Positions 56,744 to 64,000 of a stretch of 64,000 nt of DNA are shown here, piece by piece. Below the pieces are notes generated by a model. The model worked only from the letters and a program-made list of their open reading frames with translations. It made no database searches and had not been told where the DNA came from. The stretch's first letter is position 1; each line of letters opens with the position of its first letter. This stretch comes from Opitutales bacterium (lineage in GTDB: Bacteria; Verrucomicrobiota; Verrucomicrobiia; Opitutales; JBHJGM01), in contig JBHJGM010000002.1 in assembly GCA_050331815.1 (NCBI GenBank), positions 153,627 through 217,626 on the forward strand. The letters are read 5' to 3'. Made by a program: the position numbers and the translations under genes.

Positions 56744-58189
56744 ATGAGCCCCACGGACACCCTGAACCACCTTTCCTGGCTCCCCACAAGCGAAGCAGCG
56801 GCCGTCAGCACCCTGGCTCAGGACGCGCAATCGCTGGGCGCTCAGGCGCTGCTGGTCGGTGGCTGCGTGCGTGATGCCCTGCTGGGCCTTCGCCCGAAAG
56901 ACGTTGATGTTGAGGTGTTTGGGATGGAGACGGATACTTTGGAAGCCCTGCTAAAAAGGCGCTTCAAAGTCGCCACCGTCGGCAAGGCTTTCGGGGTTTT
57001 TAAACTGAAAGGCCTTGAAATCGACGTCAGCCTGCCGCGGCGCGAGTCCAAGCTGGGAACCGGTCACAAGGGGTTTGTTGTCGAAGGTGACCCTCACCTA
57101 TCGCCCGCTAAAGCCGCCGCCCGGCGCGATTTCACCATCAACGCGATTTCTTTCGATCCGCTCAATTTTGAGCTTATCGACCCGCTGGGAGGGGTGAACG
57201 ATCTCCAGCAGAGGTACTTGCGGCATTGCTCGGATCAGTTTGGTGAGGATCCGCTGCGCGTATTGCGGGCGATGCAGTTCATCGCTCGCTTCGAGCTGGA
57301 GGTAGCGGCGGAGACTCTCGAAATTTGCCGCCAGATCGAGCCGGAAGATTTGCCGCCCGAGCGCCAGTTCGAGGAATGGAGCAAACTTCTGCTACGGGGA
57401 AGGAAACCCTCCCTGGGCCTGCACTTTTTGAAAGCGGTCGGCTGGGTCGGTTACTATCCCGAACTGGAGGCGCTCATCGGCTGCCCGCAGGATCCGCTCT
57501 GGCATCCCGAGGGGGATGTCTGGACGCATACGCTGCATTGTCTCGATGCCTTTGCTCGCTGGCGCAGCGGCGATCCTCGCGAGGATCTCGTCGTCGGGTT
57601 GGCTGTGCTTTGCCATGACCTGGGCAAGCCCCAGGCGACCGTCACCGCTGAGGACGGGCGCATTCGATCGCCCGGACATGAAAAAGTTGGCCTTGGGCCC
57701 ACCGAGTCTTTCCTGCGTCGTTTGACCGCTCAGACCGATCTTATTGAAGGCGTGCTTCCGCTGGTCGAGACGCACATGCGCCCGGGCGCCCTGTACGACG
57801 GCCGCTCCTCGGATAGCGCCGTGCGTCGACTGGCCAACAAAGTGGGCCGCATCGACCGGCTCGTACGTGTCTGCCAGGCCGATGCCGCCGGGCGTCCGCC
57901 GCTGCCTGGGGATTTCCCGGCAGGCAGCTGGCTGCTCGAGCGCTCCGCCTCACTCGAAATCGCCGATAGCGCGCCCAAGCCCCTCGTGATGGGCCGCCAC
58001 CTGATTGCGCAGGGCCTGAAGCCGGGACCCCGCTTTGGCACGATCCTCAATGCCTGTTTCGAAGCCCAACTCGACGGAGCGTTCGACGACGAAGCCGGCG
58101 GCCTGGCGTTTTTGAAGCAACTATTGAAGTCAGGGCCGGAGCCGGCTGCTCAGGCATCGTTAGGGGATTCGGAATCGGAGGCAGGTTGA
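56744..58189 (+). CDS. cca: CCA-adding tRNA nucleotidyltransferase with HD domain
   Basis: LLVGGCVRDALLGLRPKDVDVEV, RRDFTINA, RAMQF, then an HD region (HTLHCLD...LCHDLGKP). Confidence 0.85.
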   Translation: MSPTDTLNHLSWLPTSEAAAVSTLAQDAQSLGAQALLVGGCVRDALLGLRPKDVDVEVFGMETDTLEALLKRRFKVATVGKAFGVFKLKGLEIDVSLPRRESKLGTGHKGFVVEGDPHLSPAKAAARRDFTINAISFDPLNFELIDPLGGVNDLQQRYLRHCSDQFGEDPLRVLRAMQFIARFELEVAAETLEICRQIEPEDLPPERQFEEWSKLLLRGRKPSLGLHFLKAVGWVGYYPELEALIGCPQDPLWHPEGDVWTHTLHCLDAFARWRSGDPREDLVVGLAVLCHDLGKPQATVTAEDGRIRSPGHEKVGLGPTESFLRRLTAQTDLIEGVLPLVETHMRPGALYDGRSSDSAVRRLANKVGRIDRLVRVCQADAAGRPPLPGDFPAGSWLLERSASLEIADSAPKPLVMGRHLIAQGLKPGPRFGTILNACFEAQLDGAFDDEAGGLAFLKQLLKSGPEPAAQASLGDSESEAG

Positions 58190-59400
58190 CCGGACTGCAG
58201 CGCAGCCCGCAGGGCGAAACCCAACGCGAGAATCGCCAGCGAGGCTAGAATCACCGGCCACTGGATGAAAGGCAGCAGCCCCACGCATCCTGCGAGCCCG
58301 GCGATGGCGATCGCGGGCGGATACAGTCGCTGCGCCTTCGTCAGGCGCAAGGCGCACAGATTGGCAAATCCGTAATAGACCAGCACGGTGAAGGCGCTGA
58401 AAGCCCAGATGTTTTCGGTGAGCGCACCGAGTTGAGACACCGGCATAAAGGCACCGATCAGCAAAGCCACTCCGATGATGGCGCGATTAGGCTCGCCCGA
58501 GCGATTCAGGCGCGCAAAACCCGCGGGCATGTCCTGGCGTCGGCTCATGGCCAGCAGCATGCGGGAGAGTCCCAGCAGCAGATTCAGGACGATGCCACAC
58601 AGGGCGATGATGGCGCCGGCCTGGAAAAAAATCGACGGCTCGCGTCCCGAGACAGCCAGGGGGACCAGCGCATAGAGCAGCCCGGCCGCAGCCACCGTCA
58701 GCATGACCGCTTTGGGGATGTTACGCCGCGGGTCGAGGATCTCCTCACCCAGGGTGGCTACCCGACCGTAACCGGTGAAGCCCACGAAAATCAACGCGAT
58801 GGCTCCCGGGACGGCCGCCCAGATGGGCGTGCCCGTAGCAGGTGCCGTTTCCAACTGCATGCCGAAACTGCTATCCATGGCTACGAGGATCCATTCGGCG
58901 AAAATTGCTGCCGTGGAGCAGACTACGATGGTAGTATTCAGAATTTGGGTACGCCTCAGCCCGAAGAGTACAGCCACCGTCAGCGAAAGCCAGATCAGCA
59001 CAGCCATCCGCAGGTTAGCGTAAGGCGCGTTTAGGTCGATTTCGAGGAGCCGCCCCAGCAGTTGCCCAGCCACCACACAGGCTGCAGCCGCGCTGGCGCT
59101 TTTAGCCAGCAGAAACGCCCAGCCCGCGGCAAAGCCTGCGAACGGGGAGAGCAGCCGGCAGCCGTATTCGTAGGTCCCGCCCGAGACGGGAAAGTTCGCC
59201 GCCAACTGTGCACTGCTCAGGCCGTTGCACAGGGCCAGTAGACCCGCAGCAAGGATAACTGGAAAAATCCATACACCCATCTCCGTCGCCACCTGCCAAC
59301 TGACGAAAAAGATGCCCGTGCCCACCATCGAGCCCAGACCCAGCATGAGCGCGCCAAAGAGCCCGACCTGCCGTTTGAGTTGCTGTGCCGCCGCGGCCAT
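58150..59400 (-). CDS. APC-superfamily amino acid permease
   Basis: 416 aa, ~12 TM helices, N-terminal LKRQVGLFGALMLGLGSMVGTGIF motif. Its 3' end overlaps the convergent cca 3' end by 40 nt. Confidence 0.8.
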   Translation of the reverse strand: MAAAAQQLKRQVGLFGALMLGLGSMVGTGIFFVSWQVATEMGVWIFPVILAAGLLALCNGLSSAQLAANFPVSGGTYEYGCRLLSPFAGFAAGWAFLLAKSASAAAACVVAGQLLGRLLEIDLNAPYANLRMAVLIWLSLTVAVLFGLRRTQILNTTIVVCSTAAIFAEWILVAMDSSFGMQLETAPATGTPIWAAVPGAIALIFVGFTGYGRVATLGEEILDPRRNIPKAVMLTVAAAGLLYALVPLAVSGREPSIFFQAGAIIALCGIVLNLLLGLSRMLLAMSRRQDMPAGFARLNRSGEPNRAIIGVALLIGAFMPVSQLGALTENIWAFSAFTVLVYYGFANLCALRLTKAQRLYPPAIAIAGLAGCVGLLPFIQWPVILASLAILALGFALRAALQSGQPASDSESPNDA

Positions 59401-59436
59401 CGCATATCCAGTTTTCGGGGACGCGGGCGCGCTGGC

Positions 59437-60174
59437 TTAGCGGATGGAGCCGACCTTGACCGAGCCTTTCGGGTCGGTGTCGATGCGGTCCACCGTGCCG
59501 TCCTTGATCCAGAGGATGCGGTCGCTCTGCGCGAGCATCTTGTGGTCGTGGGTGGCCGAAATGACGGTGACGCCGCGCTCCTCGGAAAGCTCCGCCATCA
59601 GGTGGATGATCTCCTGGCCGGTGTGGATGTCGAGGTTGGCCGTGGGCTCGTCGGCCAGGATGATAAGCGGGTCGTTGGCGAGAGCGCGGGCGATGGCCAC
59701 GCGTTGCTGCTGTCCGCCGGAAAGCTCGTCGGGCCGGTGCGTCACCCGGTGGCCCAGACCGACGCGGTGCAGCGTCTCCTCAGCTTTCTTGCGGGCATCT
59801 TCCAGCGGCACGCCGGAAAAGATCAAGGGGAGCGCCACGTTCTCAATCGCGCTGTAGGCGTAGATCAAATTGTAGGACTGGAAGACGTAGCCAATATAGT
59901 TGCCGCGAAAATACGCCAGCTGCCGGCTGGTTAGCTTCGTCAGGTCGACGCCAGAAACATCGACCTCCCCGGAGGTCGGCACATCCAGCGCGCCGATCAT
60001 GTTGAAGAGTGTGCTTTTGCCCGAGCCCGACGGGCCCATGATCGAGAGGTACTCGCCGTCGTAGACTTCCAGGTTGATGTCACGCAGGGCGTGAATCTCC
60101 AGCTTGCCGAGCCGGAAGACCTTATTCATCTGGGAGACCTTGATGAGGCACTCGCCTGTGCTGGCGTTGGACAT
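59437..60174 (-). CDS. ABC transporter ATP-binding protein (MacB/LolD/FtsE-like)
   Basis: Walker A GPSGSGKSTL, signature LSGGQQQRVAIARAL, Walker B IILADEPTANLD. 245 aa. Confidence 0.9.
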   Translation of the reverse strand: MSNASTGECLIKVSQMNKVFRLGKLEIHALRDINLEVYDGEYLSIMGPSGSGKSTLFNMIGALDVPTSGEVDVSGVDLTKLTSRQLAYFRGNYIGYVFQSYNLIYAYSAIENVALPLIFSGVPLEDARKKAEETLHRVGLGHRVTHRPDELSGGQQQRVAIARALANDPLIILADEPTANLDIHTGQEIIHLMAELSEERGVTVISATHDHKMLAQSDRILWIKDGTVDRIDTDPKGSVKVGSIR

Positions 60175-60198
60175 CGTGGGGGGAGCGATCTCTGGAAG

Positions 60199-62229
60199 TT
60201 AAAACGCGAATTGAATCGCGGCGCGTGATAGGAAGGTTAATCCGATACTCACCATGGTTATCAGGCCGTATCCGCAAAAGAATCCAGCCGCCACGACCGG
60301 AATGTACTGCCGCCACTTCAGCCCCAGTTTGCGCTGGAAGTAGTAGCGCCCGATGAGCGCACCGATGAAGTTAGGCAGAATGATGTGCGGCATCGACTGG
60401 TTCAGTCCTTTGACGACTCCGTAGGTGAGGAAGATCGGGGCCTGAACCAAACGCATGACCGCGAACAGCCCGAGCCCCATCGACGCGCCGACCCCCACCG
60501 TTGTCCAACTGAAGGCCTGTTCGAAGGTCGAGTAGTCACCGAGGGTGGCACTGAAGACGATCGAGCGATTCTTTGCGTCGAGGTCCCAGTACTCCTCAGC
60601 AAACGGATAGCGCGCCGAGGGCACCTCCGCGAGGCTCCAGATGAAACTGGCAAAGAAGACCTGGCAGACGAGAATGATCGGATACAAGAGCAGGGTGGCT
60701 TTCCAAAGGCTCTTGAAACTCGTGCCGGTCAGTTCGCACTCGCGGTAGCGCACGGTGATCTGCCCCAGGCCGACCATCGAGATTGCGGGCATGGGCAGAA
60801 ACCAGACGGCCACGCCGCTGTAGCCGCTCAAGATAAACATCGCCTCCTTGATCATGGGGATCTCCACAACCTGTCCGGCTAGCCCCTCCAGGCGCGCGGT
60901 CACGTAGCCCAGTAACGGCGTGTAGAAAAATCCTAGAAAGATCAGCACGGCCATCACCTGCGTGTGCCAGTCGATCAGGTAACCGCAAACGAGTATCCAG
61001 AAGACCGTGACGGCCAGATACACCGAGAGGATGATCCAGGCCTTGATGTCGCCACGCCCGATGGGCGTCTGGGCGCGCTGGTCGAGCCGTCCTTCGGGCA
61101 CATCCTGCTGGATATTTTTGAGCGGGTTTTTCCGGAAGATGGCGACGCACTGGGCGATGCCCACCAGGGCCACCGCCGCACTGATGCCGATGTTGAAACT
61201 CAGGTAAACGTCGACGTTGTTAAGGAAGAGCGTGTCGACAGTTCCATCGCCCGGTTTCCACTCCTGCAAAATCTGAAAGCGATACAGGATCGGGTTGGCA
61301 ATGAACGTGACGACCACTCCGATAAAGCTGCCGACCATGGCCCAGAAGGGCAGGACCATCCCGATAATGATGTGCGAGAGGTCGAAGCTGAAACCAGTGG
61401 CCACGGCGGGAAGGATCGAGGCGGTGTCCGTCGTCAGATCGACCCAGGGCTGCGGCAGGATCATGATCGGCTGCGTCGCGAAGATGGTCGAAAGCGTTGT
61501 GATGCCCAGATAGATGAACCCGAAACCCATGCCGAGCGCGCCGCCGATGGAAAACACCCGCCAGCGCCAGGAGGTGTCGTTGTCCTTACGCTCGGAAGTG
61601 TCCTCCGCCAGCGAGAGCACGCCCTGCGCGCCCACCGTGGCCAGCGGGAAGGGCAGCCGCTCGATGTCGCTGGTCAGCTTGAAGAGTCCGTAGCCAAGGA
61701 TCACCTGGCTGATTTGGCCGATCAAAATCTTCATCCCAACCAGCAGGATAACCACCAGCCACTTCGACTGGAAAAACGATCGTGTGTCGTACGAGCTGCC
61801 TTCCGGGGTGGGGGCGTACCAGGTGGGCACGTCGTTGGCGATGCCCATGGCGTAGGCCGCTTCGCTGGTGCGGTAAAACTGGTTCCACAAAAGCGTTTCG
61901 TGAAAGGGTATGTGCACGGCGATGCCCGCCATGAAAAACAGGATGAAGATCTCAGCCTTCTTCAGATTTTGTTGCGCGCGTCGGGCCGCCTCGATAAAGA
62001 GGATGATCGTGACCCACTGCGCGGCCGGGCCCACGTTGATGTTGCCGGCCAAGAGCTCCATGTAGAGCGCCCCCGGGATCATGATGAGCCCGATAAAGAG
62101 CGCGCCTAAAAACGTCTTGAAATTGAAGCCGTCCTCGAAGGTCGAGGGTACTTCCATCAGGCTGCGAAACTGCTCGATTTCCGAGTCCTGCTTGCGTGGG
62201 CGTTTCAGGAATTTCGAAAGGGCGGCCAT
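60199..62229 (-). CDS. large polytopic membrane protein of unknown function (>=14 predicted TM helices)
   Basis: 676-aa hydrophobic ORF between the FtsX-like permease and the ABC ATPase genes. No family confidently recognised; possibly OPT-like. Confidence 0.5.
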   Translation of the reverse strand: MAALSKFLKRPRKQDSEIEQFRSLMEVPSTFEDGFNFKTFLGALFIGLIMIPGALYMELLAGNINVGPAAQWVTIILFIEAARRAQQNLKKAEIFILFFMAGIAVHIPFHETLLWNQFYRTSEAAYAMGIANDVPTWYAPTPEGSSYDTRSFFQSKWLVVILLVGMKILIGQISQVILGYGLFKLTSDIERLPFPLATVGAQGVLSLAEDTSERKDNDTSWRWRVFSIGGALGMGFGFIYLGITTLSTIFATQPIMILPQPWVDLTTDTASILPAVATGFSFDLSHIIIGMVLPFWAMVGSFIGVVVTFIANPILYRFQILQEWKPGDGTVDTLFLNNVDVYLSFNIGISAAVALVGIAQCVAIFRKNPLKNIQQDVPEGRLDQRAQTPIGRGDIKAWIILSVYLAVTVFWILVCGYLIDWHTQVMAVLIFLGFFYTPLLGYVTARLEGLAGQVVEIPMIKEAMFILSGYSGVAVWFLPMPAISMVGLGQITVRYRECELTGTSFKSLWKATLLLYPIILVCQVFFASFIWSLAEVPSARYPFAEEYWDLDAKNRSIVFSATLGDYSTFEQAFSWTTVGVGASMGLGLFAVMRLVQAPIFLTYGVVKGLNQSMPHIILPNFIGALIGRYYFQRKLGLKWRQYIPVVAAGFFCGYGLITMVSIGLTFLSRAAIQFAF

Positions 62230-62277
62230 GAAGGAAGGGAAGCGAAAGGAGGCAAGGGGTGTTTAGGCAAGTTCGAG

Positions 62278-64000
62278 CTAGGCGGTGGCGGGCTGGGCGG
62301 TTTCCTCAAGCTTGTTGAGTTCCTGCAGGGTGCGCATGCGGTAGGTTTCCATGGTCTCGCGAGGGATGGATCGCCAGATTAGAAACTGCTTTCGCAAGTC
62401 GTCCATCAGGACTTTGTTCAAGCGCGCCCAGTCCTTGGGTTGCCCGGAGAGGCGCGTGATTTGGATTTTCACCTCGTCGATGCCGGGTATCTGGCTCGGA
62501 GCTGAATACAGACGAAAGTCCTGAGTGACGCCCAGATCGAACGGAGCTAGCGCCAGACGCGCGCGCAGGCCCACGGAGCTTTTGTCCGGTGAGAAAAACT
62601 CGGTATCGCGCGACATGAACGAGCCCATGCCAGTGTCCTTATAGGCGTCGAAGTGCTCCTTGAGGAAGCTGACCACGCCGGTGATGTCGTACTCGGAGAC
62701 GGTGAAGGGAAAGGTGATGTCGAGCAGGTCGTCCTTGGGCGCGGGCAGTTTCCAGTTGCGCATGACCCCTGGATTGGCACTGCGCGAAGCTTTCAAGGCC
62801 GGGAAGACCGCCGAGATCAAGACCGTCAGCATGACGATGAAGATGGTGAAGATGGCGTTGGTCGAAGAGTAGTTGATCTCCGGGACCGTGATCAGGCCGA
62901 GGGCAGCCAACTCTGTGAGGATTGCCAGCACCCCCTGTGCGAAGAGATAGCCGCCCATCCCACCGATGACCGAGTACACCAGCGCCTCAGCAAAGAAGAG
63001 GCCCGTGACGTGTGGTGGCGCCAGCCCCAGGGCGCTGAAGGTGTAGATCTCTTTCTCGCGATCGGCGACCGAGCCGAGCATTGTCCCGAAGATAACCAGC
63101 CCACCCAGCAGCACCGGGAAGAACAGATCGCGCAGGCCGCTGGCCTGCAGGACCGCTCCGGGCACATGGCGGTAGACGCCGTCGGTGCGAGTGGCGTTGA
63201 CAGGGGCGTTCAGCATAGAGGCGAGCTCCTCGCCGATCTCGATGGCGGTGATCGCGTCGTCGGTGTAAATATGCAACGTGCGCATGTCGCCGCCCAATCT
63301 CTCGGCCACCTGGTTTGAGACAATCGCGATGCTGTCGACCAGTAGCGGCTCCCAACTTTGAGAGGCCGCGGTGGTCTCCGAGTCTTCACTGTTGTGCTGC
63401 GAGGAGATTTCGGGATCGTCGAGGTCCACCGGTAAAATGCTGCTGCCGTCCATATCGGTGATGTTAAGCATTTTCACCGGATCGAGGATGGGCCCGAGTT
63501 TGAGCGTGAGGCCACCCATCATCACGTTATCGCCTGGAGAGGCCCCTAACTGCTCGGCGACCGGTTCGGTGACCCAGATCGTCGCGTCGAAGTCGCTGAG
63601 TTCATTGCCGAGCATCGATGCGATGTTCGTGCGTAGCTCGGCGTCCGCGCGGTCCAGCCCCAAAATGCCGCGCAAGACGATGGGGTTGTCCGCGTTGCCA
63701 TCGGTCAGGATGCGTCCAGGATTGTGCGTGGGTGTTTCTGCGTTCGCGCGCTCGGGGACGATCCAGATGCGCGGGGCGATCGCGAGCACGCCTTCCTTTT
63801 CGGCCCAGCGGCTAGTCGACAATTCGGCCACCTCCACCGGCACGCGCCCCCAGCTGACCCGGTGGTAATTGACCCCCGTGTAACCAGGCGTGCCCTGCTC
63901 AAAAATTTTGACGATCCCGATCTCTCGTCCGAAGGAGGCAAAGCAGAGGATGGTAAAGGTCAGCAGCGTGACGGTGGCGGCGGTCAGTGCGGTGCGCAGC
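62278..64000 (-). CDS. FtsX/MacB-type ABC permease with a C-terminal soluble extension (5' end beyond the window)
   Basis: The frame stays open upstream of the tracked GTG at 63843 to the window edge (…LRTALTAATVTLLTFTILCFASFGREIG… = TM1). Then a large extracytoplasmic domain and an FtsX TM bundle (LFFPVLLGGLVIFGTMLGSVADREKEIYTFSALGLAP). A ~190-aa extra C-terminal domain follows. Confidence 0.75.
   Translation of the reverse strand, partial: LRTALTAATVTLLTFTILCFASFGREIGIVKIFEQGTPGYTGVNYHRVSWGRVPVEVAELSTSRWAEKEGVLAIAPRIWIVPERANAETPTHNPGRILTDGNADNPIVLRGILGLDRADAELRTNIASMLGNELSDFDATIWVTEPVAEQLGASPGDNVMMGGLTLKLGPILDPVKMLNITDMDGSSILPVDLDDPEISSQHNSEDSETTAASQSWEPLLVDSIAIVSNQVAERLGGDMRTLHIYTDDAITAIEIGEELASMLNAPVNATRTDGVYRHVPGAVLQASGLRDLFFPVLLGGLVIFGTMLGSVADREKEIYTFSALGLAPPHVTGLFFAEALVYSVIGGMGGYLFAQGVLAILTELAALGLITVPEINYSSTNAIFTIFIVMLTVLISAVFPALKASRSANPGVMRNWKLPAPKDDLLDITFPFTVSEYDITGVVSFLKEHFDAYKDTGMGSFMSRDTEFFSPDKSSVGLRARLALAPFDLGVTQDFRLYSAPSQIPGIDEVKIQITRLSGQPKDWARLNKVLMDDLRKQFLIWRSIPRETMETYRMRTLQELNKLEETAQPATA

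Noticed and set aside
58150-58189. 40-bp convergent overlap of the cca and APC permease 3' ends
   Set aside because: Probably just tail-to-tail overlap of two real genes, since both C-termini are low-information. I see no evidence of a functional element, so it is noted only for annotation.

Overview
High-GC (~60-65%) bacterial chromosome segment. About 41 kb of it is one flagellar/chemotaxis supercluster, followed by housekeeping and transport genes. On the minus strand at the left edge lie cheR-cheB. Diverging from them on the plus strand is a long co-directional gene string: flgB-flgC-fliE-fliF-fliG-fliH-fliI-fliJ-(MgtE_N-like)-fliK-flgD-flgE-fliL-fliM-fliN-fliO-fliP-fliQ-fliR | flhB-flhA-flhF-(small membrane ORF)-fliA-motA-motB-(94 aa ORF) | flgF-flgG-flgA-flgH-flgI-flgJ(rod-binding only)-flgN-flgK-flgL | fliW-csrA | MCP | (P-loop NTPase)-cheD-HDOD-HDOD | cheW. 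The order of the first ~22 kb resembles the Bacillus/spirochaete fla/che operon, but L- and P-ring genes show a diderm. The prepilin-like GFTLVEI protein plus the high GC suggests a Verrucomicrobiota/Opitutales-like organism; this is inference only. The rest of the window holds a hybrid PAS histidine kinase, a pseudopilin-like gene, a lycopene-cyclase-domain gene coupled to a beta-propeller gene, rpsO-pnp, surE, prfB, cysH, cca, an APC permease and an ABC/FtsX cluster that runs off the right edge. Most notable observations: (1) flhA is interrupted by a single in-frame TAG exactly where the conserved Lys of the GASKFVRGD motif belongs. (2) A 649-aa membrane-anchored STAND/AAA_16-like P-loop NTPase opens the cheD-HDOD-HDOD unit. 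(3) flhF has no flhG; a 154-aa membrane/coiled-coil ORF sits in that slot. (4) Four sigma-54-type promoter matches partition the cluster, one in front of an uncharacterised 175-aa ORF. (5) The MCP has a CXXCH haem-c motif in its periplasmic domain. (6) prfB carries the classical +1 frameshift site. (7) PNPase has an Arg/Gly-rich C-terminal tail. I saw no rRNA, tRNA, CRISPR array, transposase or integrase. All product calls rest on motif recognition in the supplied translations; no database search was possible.
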